The notes beneath the pieces are model-generated. The model was not told the origin of the DNA. It did not search any database and was given only the letters and a program-made list of their open reading frames with translations. Shown here piece after piece: positions 1 through 10,219 of a stretch of 64,000 nucleotides of DNA. This stretch comes from an uncultured delta proteobacterium (GTDB taxonomy: Bacteria; Desulfobacterota; RBG-13-43-22), in assembly GCA_963743305.1 (NCBI GenBank), contig CAVUPH010000024.1, forward strand, positions 1 to 64,000, in the 5' to 3' direction. Both the position numbers and the translations under genes were made by a program. The number at the start of each line of letters is the position of its first letter. The first letter of the stretch is position 1.

Positions 1-217
1 GCTGCAAAAACGGGAAGCGCTGTTTCTTCCCCTTTCCAAATGTCCAAAGTGACAGATTAACAGGGACCGGATCCACGCCAACTACTTGTCCGTTCGAGTC
101 GAGTTGAACTCTCAGAGTTGGTTTCCGACCAACGTCCTTAACATCGGAATCTCGTTTGACAATAACGATGCCAGCCTGCTGTGCCCCTCGCTCAACAACC
201 AAGAGTTCGTTAAGCAT
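1..217 (-). CDS. Probable Cas8c-like large subunit, 5' part (runs off window edge)
   Basis: Manual translation MLNELLVVERGAQQAGIVIVKRDSDVKDVGRKPTLRVQLDSNGQV... is open to base 1. Its ATG overlaps the end of cas5 (GATGCTTAA). The position after cas5 matches the type I-C order cas5-cas8c-cas7. Confidence 0.55.
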   Translation of the reverse strand, partial: MLNELLVVERGAQQAGIVIVKRDSDVKDVGRKPTLRVQLDSNGQVVGVDPVPVNLSLWTFGKGKKQRFPFLQ

Positions 218-896
218 CGGTCATCACCTCCAGTTCCCGGATAAGCAGCCATTCTTTAGGTACTTTGTAGTTAAGTATCCCTTCGTCAACTCGCACGTTT
301 TGGCGAAACTCTGGTTCATATTGACCACACGTCGGGCTGTTCCACACGCCCAAGAGCATTGAGGGGATTTCCAAAGAGAGCGCCTCATCTACTTCAGTGA
401 ACCCTTCACGGACTGGTCCCCAGTATGAACAGGTGAACTCGCTCCACCCCAAGCAAGGGGTGCGGTAGCATCTGCCTTGCCTTAACCGCCGATTGAAAAG
501 ATCCTGTAAATGATGGCCTGGATTGTTTTTTTTCTTCCATCGGGAGTTTACGATAACACCGTGCAGCCGATAGCACACATCGCTCAGGATGGTGGCAAAG
601 AACTGCATATTTGCTCCCTTACCAAGTAAATCAGCCTTACGCAACGGCCCACCATAATTGGTCGTGTAACGCTGAAACTGAATCTGACCACCCGACTCCC
701 CGATGCGCCTGCAGACTTCGACTCTCGTTGGACATATCCAGGCTGCCCCATCTGCAAAAAAGGCGATCGACTCGAACAAACCCTTTGCGGCCGACCACGT
801 TGGCACTGGGTAACTTGTCGGCGTCCCGCCTGTATCCGGTCTTGCGAACATGGCCGCAGGACCTGCCACTTCAAAAACAATTTCATATTTTTTCAA
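210..896 (-). CDS. cas5: CRISPR-associated protein Cas5 (type I-C/Cas5d-like)
   Basis: N-terminal FEVAGPAAMFARPD...SYPVPTWSAAKGLFESI, LSDVCYRL and C-terminal PCLGWSEF motifs typical of Cas5d. Likely TTG start at 896 after AAGGTGG. Confidence 0.85.
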   Translation of the reverse strand: MKKYEIVFEVAGPAAMFARPDTGGTPTSYPVPTWSAAKGLFESIAFFADGAAWICPTRVEVCRRIGESGGQIQFQRYTTNYGGPLRKADLLGKGANMQFFATILSDVCYRLHGVIVNSRWKKKNNPGHHLQDLFNRRLRQGRCYRTPCLGWSEFTCSYWGPVREGFTEVDEALSLEIPSMLLGVWNSPTCGQYEPEFRQNVRVDEGILNYKVPKEWLLIRELEVMTDA

Positions 897-949
897 AAAA
901 ATACCACCTTTCTCCATTTTTCTAGTCTTCAAGATTACATGGATAAGTT

Positions 950-1105
950 TAGGCCACAGTCCTGCCAGATATGCCCAGTCACCCCCGCCGAAAGGTTCGG
1001 CAAACCTCTGGCCATCTCCGCCACATTCCTCAAATGCTCCTCCAGCGGCTGCCATTCCTCCGGCGGCCGTCCGGCCAGGCTGTGGGCGTAGAATTTTTGG
1101 GGCAT
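950..1105 (-). pseudogene. cas3: Truncated, frameshifted Cas3 HD-nuclease N-terminus
   Basis: MPQKFYAHSLAGRPPEEWQPLEEHLRNVAEMAR continues in another frame as FAEPFGGGDWAYLAGLW. It then breaks off where HDLGK is expected. Confidence 0.75.
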
Positions 1106-1257
1106 GGAAGGTCCTTTCACTTTTAAGGTTTCCCAGCCGGGGACGTCTGGGCTACATTTCCCCCCTACCCTTCCTTACCCGCCATCCTGGATCCCCGCGG
1201 GTTACTACCTGTCGGGACAGGCTTATCGAGTCCGGAGGAGGAATAAAGTCGATGATT

Positions 1258-1296
1258 CCCCTCACCCCGGCCCTCTCCCCCAGCGGGGAGAGGGAG
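1258..1296. repeat. REP-like palindrome CCCTCACCCCGGCCCTCTCCCC..GGGGAGAGGG (related copy at ~2236-2277)
   Basis: Visible inverted repeat, present twice in the window. Confidence 0.7.
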
Positions 1297-1379
1297 AAAT
1301 CGGAAATGGGTTTGCGTCTTTCTTCCGGAAAGACCCAAAATATCCGCTCAATCCAGTCCATCCTGTCGGCCATTTATTC

Positions 1380-1942
1380 TCATTTTTTCCCGTATCCCGT
1401 CTGTTTTTCTCTCAAGCCGAACCCGAATTTCTTTTTGGGAGTCTCCGGGGCGGGGCCATCAACTCCCGGATGGCGTCGAAGACCACCTTGAACTGGGCGT
1501 CGTATTTCTGTTCCATCTCTTCCAGCTTGCGAAGCAAAACCTTGTTCGATGAGACCATCCATCGCAAGCTCACGAAAGCCCTCATGATTTCAAGATTAAT
1601 CTTAACTGCCGAGGACTGTTTGATACCTCGGACACATGGCTCTCTTGCTGGTCAAAACCGACGAAAGCATGGATATGCCCTGTTCTGTAAAAGCCATGGG
1701 GGAATCACTTGGAATGTTCTCCTCTCTTTTAAGGTGCCAAATTGGCTCCTTAAAGATTCATATTCTTCCCAGGTCAATTCAAACATGAAATCGAGAGGAA
1801 AACGATCTTTATTTCTTCGAACTGCCCGCTTAAGCTGTTTGGTGTCGACGCCATATAATTCAGCGAGCGTTTTGTCCAACATCGCTTTTTCACCACGAAT
1901 TGTCACGATCCGGCTTTGAATTTCCTCTACCTGGATTTCCAT
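1380..1942 (-). pseudogene. ORF6N-domain DNA-binding protein, disrupted
   Basis: IVTIRGEKAMLDKTLAELYGVDTKQLKRAVRRNKDRFPLDFMFELT is followed in other frames by AFTEQGISMLSSVL, IMRAFV and LEEMEQKYDAQFKVVFDAIRELM. Contains frameshifts, a stop and a small hairpin insertion near 1608-1638. Confidence 0.8.
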
Positions 1943-2381
1943 TTTCCATCCTTTCATCCCGATTCGCACGTGGTATCTAATAGTAAGACCCCGGGCCATC
2001 TCGGCCACATTCCTTTTTAAGATCACAAATTGTGACCTTAAAGTTCTCCGGCCTCTTCCCTTTTTTTCACTAGGGGTCGCCTATCAAGGCGGCTACTCCT
2101 CCACCCGACTGCCGGGTAGGATGTGAAGGAACAGTTTTTCGGGCCTGGGTTGCTCCTTAGCCGGCAGGCGGGGTCGCCTGCTCTACTGAACTGGATCCCG
2201 GATCAAATTCGGGATGACGGAAAAAGACGTTTTTCCCCTTCACCCCGACCCTCTCCCCCAGTCTGGGGAGAGGGGGCTATAATGGTAGTTCAATAACGTA
2301 CCATACTGCCACCACCCTGACAGTCTATTATTATTTTTTTTGAGGGGACCCGAAAAAAATATTCCGAACCACTTAGCCCGG

Positions 2382-2727
2382 CTATTTCACCCTATAGGAG
2401 GATTTCTTTTCCGCCGCCGATAAATGCGCGACTGGTTTCAACGGCTCAATTTTCAACTGGACGGCAGCCCCGAGGGCTTCCGCCACCCTTCTGATCATGC
2501 TTAAGGAGTGCCCTTCGTAGGAGGGGGATTCCAAACGGCTGATCTGTTGCTGGGAGGTGCCTACCTTGTGAGGCTAATTCCTTTTGGGAGATCCCTGACT
2601 TCTTGCGGAGCTCCGCCAATTGGAGTGCTACGTCCCAAGCCTCGCCCGCCTTTTTAAACCACTCGGCAAAGGCCCGGTCTTTTAATTGTTCTTCCAGGTA
2701 TTGATCAAAGTTGTTCGTTCGTTTCAT
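2382..2727 (-). pseudogene. XRE-family HTH antitoxin-like regulator (frameshift near 2570; no partner toxin seen)
   Basis: QLAELRKKSGISQKELA continues in a shifted frame as VGTSQQQISRLESPSYEGHSLSMIRRVAEALG. Confidence 0.7.
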
Positions 2728-2766
2728 ACTGGATATCTTCGATGCTTTCTAAAAATTGAAAAACCC

Positions 2767-2865
2767 GTCATTGAGACCCCGGGCTTGATCCGGGGGAAGC
2801 AATCCCCAATTCGGGAAGTGGCTGAAAGTTGGGGATTGCTTCGTCGCTTCACTCCTCGCAATGAC
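2767..2865. repeat. GTCATTGCGAG...GCAATGAC REP-like palindrome family, degenerate copy
   Basis: GAAGCAATCCCC...GGGGATTGCTTCGTCGCTTCACTCCTCGCAATGAC, shared with copies at 7196, 9041 and 56167. Confidence 0.75.
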
Positions 2866-3432
2866 AGGCCGAGGGACTTTTTGCCACCACGTCATTTTTC
2901 TTTTCCGAGAATGCTGTTGGCGTCGAATTGTTCGGGGCATGACTGACTCCATAGCCGGCTGGCGGGGGCGCCTGCCTCCCAGGCGCATGGATCCCGGATC
3001 GAGTCCGGGATGACGGAAAAAGACGGATTCCCCTCCCTCTTGAGGTCACAAATTGTGATTTCAAGTTTATAACTTCTTGCTGTAAAAGGAATAAAAGCGG
3101 AGGTCGGGGATGATATCGATTGGCTCTTGGGAATCGACGCCGGAAGGATGCGGTTGAATGAAAGGAAACAGCTCGTCCGAAGATTGACTGCTGTTCCTGG
3201 AAAACGGAAGAAATCGGATTGATCACTTCTTTACTCCCAGCGACAGGGGGGTGGTTAAGTGAACCTGTTTCCAGCGGTTAAAATCTAAAGCGATCCGGTT
3301 GTCTCTTGATTGAATATGAGGGAGATCAACCTTCTCCTATCACGAACGAACGGGAATGGCAAGAAGTTCGATAGAAAAATAGAGCCATTTTCCTACACTT
3401 TATTTTAGAGTCTGAAGAGAAAGGAACGACCG

Positions 3433-3615
3433 TTGGACCCTAGAATTCAAAAGCTCCGGGAAGAAATTTGCCTTCTCCAGCAGGAAAAAGCGGAACGGGA
3501 GGCCGCTCTTCCGGCCCATTCCATCCGCGCGCAGCAACTGTTGACCATCGAGGATTTAGAGGAAAAAATTGTTCAAAAAGAAAAAGAACTCCTGTCGCTG
3601 AACGGTAAAACGTAA
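3433..3615 (+). CDS. Small coiled-coil hypothetical protein
   Basis: 60-aa ORF preceded by AAAGGA. Helical, charged composition. Confidence 0.55.
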   Translation: MDPRIQKLREEICLLQQEKAEREAALPAHSIRAQQLLTIEDLEEKIVQKEKELLSLNGKT

Positions 3616-3753
3616 ATCTTAGGAAACGGTGAGAAACCCCTTAAAAGTCGTCACCCCGGCGAACGCCGGGGTCCAGAGAATAAATGCAGGCTGCAATCCG
3701 ACCCTCATATTAAGGATCTGTAAACAAATAACCTTGACAAAGCGGCACTATAA

Positions 3754-3850
3754 CCGTTCGCCCTGAGCTGCGAGCCTGTCGAGCAGTCGAAGGGTGAACG
3801 ATACGGCCATGCTTCGACTGCTCGACAGGCTCGCAGCTCAGCATGAACGG
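3754..3850. repeat. Long inverted repeat (REP/MITE-like)
   Basis: CCGTTC..CTGAGCTGCGAGCCTGTCGAGCAGTCGAAG pairs with CTTCGACTGCTCGACAGGCTCGCAGCTCAG..GAACGG. Confidence 0.75.
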
Positions 3851-3932
3851 AGATATTAGCGGTATTGTACAGCTTATTTCTTGACTGGTTCTAACCATGA
3901 CTATTGTCCGGATTGGATCACCCTTTTCCTTC

Positions 3933-5810
3933 CTATTCCCCTAAGATCAACTGGTAATGGATGGTATAACGGGCCAGGATTTCGGCGACCCGCTTCTCCA
4001 GGGTTTCCCGATCCGTTCCGGGGGCCGCTTGAATCCGAATAGTCGCCGAGGTGCCGTGGATTTTATCTTCGGTCACGGAGACTTCCAGGGAAACGGCCAA
4101 AGGCCCCAGGGCCTTTAATTCCCGGGCGTAGACCCGCTGGATGGCATCCCAGCGCAGGGCCGGCTTGAAGACCTTGCCCACGGCGGTCAGGGGAATTTGA
4201 TCGACAATGAAGATTTCCTTGGGTATGGCGGCCTTCTCCCCGATCTGCGCCCGGGACCAGTCCATGATCTCTTCCGGAGTTAGGGAAGTCTGCTCCGACA
4301 GTTCCACGTAGGCCACCGGGACCTCCCCGGCATGGGGATCGGGTCGACCGACGGCGGCCGCCAGCTTGACGCCCTTCATCCGGAAGAGCGGTTCTTCGAT
4401 GGCGCCGGGATCGATATTATGACCGCCGCGAATAATCAGGTCCTTCTTCCTGCCGGTCAGCCAGAAATAGCCGTCCTCATCCTGCCGGCCCAGGTCCCCG
4501 GTATTGAACCAGCCCTCCTGAATCCAGATCCCCCGGTTATGGACCTCTTCCACGTAGCCCTTGAAAATAGTCGGCCCCTGGATGCACACCGCTCCGATCT
4601 CTCCCGGCGCGGCATCCCGCGCGTAACGGCCTTCCGGGTCTTGGACGGCGATCTTCATCTGCTGGTAGGGCAAGCGCAACCCGATGCTGCCCACCTTCCG
4701 CTCCCCGTCCTTGGGATTGACGGCCGAGGCGCAGGTCGATTCGGTCAAGCCGTAGCCCTCGAGGATCTTCATGCCCGAATGTTCCTCGAAGCGTCGGAAG
4801 AGCTCCACACTCAGGGGTGCGGCCCCGCAGATCACATAGCGCAGGGAAGAGATATCGGCCCCGTCCACCGGGGTGTCCAAGAGCACGGAAAGGACCGTGG
4901 GCACACAGGAGAAAAAGACCGGCCGGTAGCGCTCCACGATCCGGTAAAAGTTCTTCATGATCGCCGGGTCCCGGAAGCCGGCCGGCGAGAGCAGCACCAC
5001 CTCGGCCCCGATGGAGAAAGGGGCCAGACCGGTAACGCAGGTCCCGTTGCAATGGAACAGGGGCAGCCCGCAGAGGGCCCCCTCACCCGGCTGCAAGCCG
5101 TTGGCCGCCCGGAGGTCCCAGGCCAGCACGGCTTCGTTGAAGTGACTCCGGCGGGCCAGTTTGGGCCGGCCGGTGGTCCCGCCGGTATGATAAAGGGAAG
5201 CAATGTCTTCCGGGTCGATGACCCGCTTAAAGATCAACGATTCGCTGGGATAGGACTCCAGGCGTTCTTCATAGCCGATGATCCCTTCGGCTTCCCGGCC
5301 CGGTCCCATAACCCGGACCACCTGTTTCAGGGAGGGGATCTCCTTGCGGATGGCCTCGACCTTGGACCAGATATCCGACCCCGGGACCGGTCCCAAGGCG
5401 ACCAGGACCTTGGTGCCCGCGGCCTGGCAGATATCCCGGATGGTCGCCGCCTCCAGCAGCGGATTGACCGGGTTGGCGATGCCGACCGCCTCCCCGCCCC
5501 AGAGGACGAAATGGGTCTGGGGCAGGTTCGGCAGGAGGTAGGTGACCACGTCCCGAGGGCCGACGCCTAAATCATGGAACAGGTTGGCCGTCTGCCGGAT
5601 CTTGCCTATGAAATCCCGGTAAGTGAACCGGACCGGTGTCTCCCAAGCCTCGCCGCTCTTCAGAAAAGTCAGGGCCATCGCCTGGGGATTGATTTCGGCG
5701 CCCTTTACCAAAAGGTCGTACGTATTCTTTTCCCGGATGCGTTCCTCCAGGGGGACTTTTTCCAGAGCTTCAATATCCGCCAGATTTTCGATTTTGTAGA
5801 CTGTTTCCAT
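3933..5810 (-). CDS. Acyl-CoA synthetase (AMP-binding family)
   Basis: YHTGGTTGRPK, GYGLTE, TGDLG and GRKKDLIIRGGHN motifs. Confidence 0.92.
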   Translation of the reverse strand: METVYKIENLADIEALEKVPLEERIREKNTYDLLVKGAEINPQAMALTFLKSGEAWETPVRFTYRDFIGKIRQTANLFHDLGVGPRDVVTYLLPNLPQTHFVLWGGEAVGIANPVNPLLEAATIRDICQAAGTKVLVALGPVPGSDIWSKVEAIRKEIPSLKQVVRVMGPGREAEGIIGYEERLESYPSESLIFKRVIDPEDIASLYHTGGTTGRPKLARRSHFNEAVLAWDLRAANGLQPGEGALCGLPLFHCNGTCVTGLAPFSIGAEVVLLSPAGFRDPAIMKNFYRIVERYRPVFFSCVPTVLSVLLDTPVDGADISSLRYVICGAAPLSVELFRRFEEHSGMKILEGYGLTESTCASAVNPKDGERKVGSIGLRLPYQQMKIAVQDPEGRYARDAAPGEIGAVCIQGPTIFKGYVEEVHNRGIWIQEGWFNTGDLGRQDEDGYFWLTGRKKDLIIRGGHNIDPGAIEEPLFRMKGVKLAAAVGRPDPHAGEVPVAYVELSEQTSLTPEEIMDWSRAQIGEKAAIPKEIFIVDQIPLTAVGKVFKPALRWDAIQRVYARELKALGPLAVSLEVSVTEDKIHGTSATIRIQAAPGTDRETLEKRVAEILARYTIHYQLILGE

Positions 5811-6024
5811 GAGTTCACCTACCTTGAAATACAAAGATTTTTAAATTCGAAATTTGATAATAATTTAGTGCGCCGAAGATTCGGGAATTCACCCACCCCC
5901 CAACGTTCGGCTGAGCAGTTCGGCCCTGAGCTCACTGCCGAAGGGCTCACGTCGAAGCCCCCTCCCGTCAAGGGAGGGGGAGATCTCTGCCTTCTGCTTA
6001 TAATTACTTGTAGAGGGTTGGTTA

Positions 6025-7155
6025 CTATTTCAGGGTTGTCAAATAAACAAAGGCCCCCTTTTTAACCGTCAAGATCACCGCGGACTTGACCGCGTTCCCA
6101 TCGGTCCCCAGATCCATAACCCCGGAGACGGCCGGAAACTTTCGGGTTTGGGTCAGGGCCAGCCGGACCTTCTCTCCTTCCACGGACCTGGCCCGTTCCA
6201 TGGCGTCCAGCAACACGAAGTAGGCATCGGCCCCCAAGGCGTGAAAAGCGGTGACGTCCTTTTCCCGCGGATATTTCTTGCTGAAGTTTTTAATGAACTC
6301 CTTGGCCAGAGGGGTGGCCGCCCCCTGGGTATGAAAATGACCGATAAAGTGCATCCCTTCGACGGCCGATCCGCCGATCTGGATCAACTCCGGGGTCTGA
6401 GCCCCGTCCGACCCGAAGATCGGAACGTTCAACCCCAGTTCCTTGGCCTGGCGGGCGATCAGGGCGTCTTCGGTATAGTAATTGGGAATAAAGAGTACGT
6501 CCGGCTTGGCGTCCTGGATAGTGGACAATTGGGCCGAAAAGTCCTGGTCTCCCCCCTGACAAAAGCTTTCGGCCACGATCTTTCCGCCCATTTTGATAAA
6601 GGCTTTTTTGAAAAACTCGGCCAGCCCCACACAGTAATCCTGGGATTTATCGGTCAACACCGCGGCCCGACGGGCCTTGAGATTCGTGAAGGCAAATTTG
6701 GCCGCGGCCTCGCCTTGAAAGGTATCCAGAAAACAGACCCGAAAGACGTATTTCTTCCCCTGGGTGACCAAGGGGTTGGTGGCCGTGGGAGAAACCATGG
6801 GGACCCGGGCTTTCTCGGCTATGGGCCCGCCGGCCAGGGTGTTGCCGCTGATGGCCTCACCGATGATGGCCGAAACTTTGTTTTTTTCGACCAGTCGGCT
6901 GACCGCGTTGGCCGCCTCGATCCTGTCACTCTTGGTATCGACCAGAAACAATTCCACTTTCTTGCCCAGGACTTTGGGCCTCAGGGCATTAGCCGTCTGG
7001 ATGCCGGCCCATTCCATCTGACCGAAGGAAGCCACTCCGCCGGTCATGGGCAAATAGACCCCGATCCGAACGGAGTCCTGGGCAAAGGACATGGAAGACG
7101 TTAATACCCAAAAAACCCCCAAGGGCCAGATCAAATCCGCCCATTTTGTTTTCAT
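6025..7155 (-). CDS. Branched-chain amino acid ABC transporter substrate-binding protein (LivK family)
   Basis: Signal peptide, VRIGVYLPMTG, PMVSPTAT and DFSAQL. Confidence 0.9.
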   Translation of the reverse strand: MKTKWADLIWPLGVFWVLTSSMSFAQDSVRIGVYLPMTGGVASFGQMEWAGIQTANALRPKVLGKKVELFLVDTKSDRIEAANAVSRLVEKNKVSAIIGEAISGNTLAGGPIAEKARVPMVSPTATNPLVTQGKKYVFRVCFLDTFQGEAAAKFAFTNLKARRAAVLTDKSQDYCVGLAEFFKKAFIKMGGKIVAESFCQGGDQDFSAQLSTIQDAKPDVLFIPNYYTEDALIARQAKELGLNVPIFGSDGAQTPELIQIGGSAVEGMHFIGHFHTQGAATPLAKEFIKNFSKKYPREKDVTAFHALGADAYFVLLDAMERARSVEGEKVRLALTQTRKFPAVSGVMDLGTDGNAVKSAVILTVKKGAFVYLTTLK

Positions 7156-7195
7156 AGTCCTCCTCCTTGGAATGTAAATATCCCCGCCCCCCCTT

Positions 7196-7292
7196 GTCAT
7201 TGCGAGCGAAGCGAAGCAACCCCCCGATTTGACCTAGAGAGTGATGTAAGCCTGCTGGGGGATTGCTTCGTCGCTTCACTCCTCGCAATGAC
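7196..7292. repeat. GTCATTGCGAG...CTCGCAATGAC REP-like palindrome
   Basis: Perfect terminal inverted repeat with an internal GAAGCAA/TTGCTTC stem. Confidence 0.85.
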
Positions 7293-7539
7293 TGGGGGTC
7301 TGCTATTTTCATGATTCGGAGTTCCAGCCCGCGGGCTGGAGATTTAGTATATAAATAGCTTTCCAAAGCTCAACAGCGCTCAGACCGAGTCGTTCTTTGC
7401 CCTGCTCATCACCCTTTGAGCAATCTCATGCTTCCGGGTGACTGCCCTGGGCGTGGGAGCCGCCTCCGCTGAGCCGGCAGGCGGGGACGCCTGCCCTACG
7501 AATACTAGATACCTGATTCAGGGGGATTTCGCAAGCGGG

Positions 7540-8856
7540 CTATTCGTCCTTATCCCGTTTCCGGAAATACACCCGGATCGGGGTCAGGTCCATTCCGAAG
7601 GCTTTCCGTAATTGATTGGTCAAATACCGCTGATAAGAGAAATGGATCTTCTCCGGATAATTGGCAAAAAAGACAAAGGTCGGCGGTTTCACCCCCACTT
7701 GAGTACCGTAGAAGATCTTAACCCGCTGCCCGCCCATGAGCGGCAGCGAATGTCCGGCCAGGATCGTTTTCAGGGCCTGGTTGACCTGGCCGGTCCCCAC
7801 CCGCTGCGTGTACTGCAGGTAAAGCTTGCGGGCGGTTTTCATCAGGTGCCCCAAACCATAGCCCGTTTGCGCGGAAACCGGAACGAAGGGGGCAAAGGCC
7901 AGGTACTTGAGCTGATAACGAAGCTCTTCCAGATACGCTTTCTTTTTCACGGTCTGGGCGATCAGGTCCCACTTGTTGATCCCCACCAGGCAGGCCCGCC
8001 CTTTTTCAAAAGCCAATCCGGCAATCCGGGCGTCCTGTTCGGTGACCTGATCCTGGGCGTCCAGCAGGATAACCGCCAGATCGCAGCGATCCAAGGTCCT
8101 GATGGCTTCCAGGACGCAGTATTTTTCCAGCCGCTGCGAGACGCGGGCCTTGCGCCGAATTCCGGCCGTATCGATGAGCAGGTATTTCTGTCCCTGAAAT
8201 TCAAAAGGGGTATCAATCGCGTCGCGGGTGGTCCCGGGAATGGGGCTGACCATCACCCGCTCCACCCCCAGGAGGGCATTGACCAGGGAGGACTTGCCCA
8301 CATTGGGCCGACCGATGACCGCCAAGGACAGGAACTCTTCCGACGGAACGACTTCTTCGATCGGGGGAATATGACGGGCGATTTGCTCTTCCAGTTCGCC
8401 GATTCCCACTCCGTGAAGCGCGGAGACCGGCAGCAGGCTTTCGATGCCCAAGCGGTAAAAGTCACCGAGAATGTCCTCCCGCCCGGCATGGTCGATTTTG
8501 TTGACCGCATAAATGATCGGTTTGGTTGTTCGTCGCAACCGCTCCATGACCATCTCGTCGGTGGGGGTTAAACCGACCTTTCCGTCTCCCACGAAAACAA
8601 TCAGGTCGGCCTCCTCAAGGGCCACCTCGATCTGTTCCTGCATCCCTGCCCCCAGCGGGGAAGAATGATCCCATTCAAACCCGCCGGTATCGACCAGGGT
8701 CAGGGACTTTCCCTCCCAGGACAGCTCCTGGTAGTTGCGATCACGGGTGACCCCCGGCTGATCGTCCACCACGGCTTTCTTTCTCCGGGCCAACCGATTA
8801 AAGAGCGTCGATTTGCCTACGTTCGGGGCACCTACCAGGGCTACAATGAATCCCAT
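7540..8856 (-). CDS. der: Ribosome biogenesis GTPase Der
   Basis: Two GTPase domains (GAPNVGKS, GRPNVGKS; DTGG/DTAG; NKID/NKWD) and a C-terminal KH-like domain. Confidence 0.96.
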   Translation of the reverse strand: MGFIVALVGAPNVGKSTLFNRLARRKKAVVDDQPGVTRDRNYQELSWEGKSLTLVDTGGFEWDHSSPLGAGMQEQIEVALEEADLIVFVGDGKVGLTPTDEMVMERLRRTTKPIIYAVNKIDHAGREDILGDFYRLGIESLLPVSALHGVGIGELEEQIARHIPPIEEVVPSEEFLSLAVIGRPNVGKSSLVNALLGVERVMVSPIPGTTRDAIDTPFEFQGQKYLLIDTAGIRRKARVSQRLEKYCVLEAIRTLDRCDLAVILLDAQDQVTEQDARIAGLAFEKGRACLVGINKWDLIAQTVKKKAYLEELRYQLKYLAFAPFVPVSAQTGYGLGHLMKTARKLYLQYTQRVGTGQVNQALKTILAGHSLPLMGGQRVKIFYGTQVGVKPPTFVFFANYPEKIHFSYQRYLTNQLRKAFGMDLTPIRVYFRKRDKDE

Positions 8857-9040
8857 ATTCTTGGCCTCATATTAACAGTCTCATAATAGTATTTGCACGG
8901 GTTGTTCTTCTATCTCTCGCCCGCTTCGCTCGAGGACGCAGAGCAAGACGATTAATTTTTTGTGAAATCGCTGAGAGGCCGATTTTTCAAAGAACTCGCG
9001 CCTCCGCCCAACCACGATCCATGAAAATAACAGACTCTCG

Positions 9041-9137
9041 GTCATTGCGAGGAACGAAGTGACGAAGCAATCCCCCGGTTGGCTTACAACGCTCCCCAAG
9101 CTCAATCGGGGGATTGCTTCGCTTCGCTCGCAATGAC
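9041..9137. repeat. GTCATTGCGAG...CTCGCAATGAC REP-like palindrome
   Basis: Same family as the 7196 copy. Confidence 0.85.
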
Positions 9138-9161
9138 AAGAGGGAGGGCTTTATCTTCATC

Positions 9162-10161
9162 CTAAAGTTCCGCCACAAATTTCCGCAGCCGTCGATAGGG
9201 TTTAAACTCTGGAAAGCCGACCCAGTGTTTCAAATTTCGAACGGCCGGGGGAAGGGATCGGGTGAAATGAAGCTTCCCCTTGACCTGGCTCAGAAAACTG
9301 AAGGCCCCCAGGATCTGTAAATTACGCTGAAAGCCGATGATCCGGTAATGGGCCGTAAAATCTGAAGCCTGAATCGCTGTTCTTCTTCCAAGTTCCTGTA
9401 AATAAAAAACAATCAGGTCCTCCTGAATGGCACGGGAAAGACGAATATAGGGGTCGATTAAGAGGGAGGCCAAGTCGTACTGGGGCGGACCCAGCCGGCC
9501 TCCCTGAAAATCAATAAATCCAAACCCTTTCGGCAAAACCATAATATTACGCGATTGGAAGTCCCGGTAAAGGAAAAAACGCAATTTTTCCTGATCCACC
9601 CGCAGGGCGATCTCCTTGAATTCGGCCAGGGTCGCCGAATCGATTTCCTCCCGGCCCAGGTATCCCCGAACAAAGAAGCGGAGAAAATATTTGCTTTCCC
9701 GTTCCCAGGAAAAAAGACCATCGTAAATCGGGGTATCGTAACACTGTCCGGGGTCAAAGCCCCGGGAATCCATCCACCTGGATTCTCACCAGATGCGTTA
9801 GTATTTTCTGGTAAGTATCAATTAAATCAGTTTTATTCGTATTTATCCAATCTTCCAGGGTGACATCCCCGAAATCCTCCAGCAAGAAAATTCCCAAACG
9901 CCGATCAAAGTCTTCGATGGCCGGGGTATGAATTCCTCGGGAAGCTAAATGCCGCCCGATATAATCAAAGGAATCGTTTTCCGAGGGGGCCCCTCTTCTT
10001 CCACGGGGATTGTCCACCAGGATGGCGGTTTTTGACCCCGTTTTCACCCGGTACACCTTGCGGTCCGACCCATCTCCTTTCAAGCAGCGAATGAGTATTC
10101 GGCCGGTATAGCCGAAAGCTGCCGGAAGGGTAGACTTCAAGTAATGGGTTAGCTTTCTCAT
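9162..10161 (-). CDS. amgK: AmgK-like anomeric MurNAc/GlcNAc kinase (APH family), split by a frameshift near 9770
   Basis: GDGSDRKVYR and LLEDFGD in 9754-10161; YRDFQSRNIM, IDFQG and YDLASLL in 9162-9773. Lies next to a murU-like gene. Confidence 0.75.
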
Positions 10162-10219
10162 TTCGGCTCTTCAAAAGAATATGTGGGCGTTGAATCGGGG
10201 CAACGTACTATTCACCGAT

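Noticed and set aside
897-1055. N-terminal extension of Cas5 in the 281-aa ORF call
   Set aside because: It is read-through of the cas3 relic frame. Cas5 homology and an RBS begin at about 896.
4332-8571. Long plus-strand ORFs (4332-5570, 6148-7104, 7612-8571) and similar antisense ORFs elsewhere
   Set aside because: Shadow ORFs opposite well-supported genes, as expected in GC-rich DNA.
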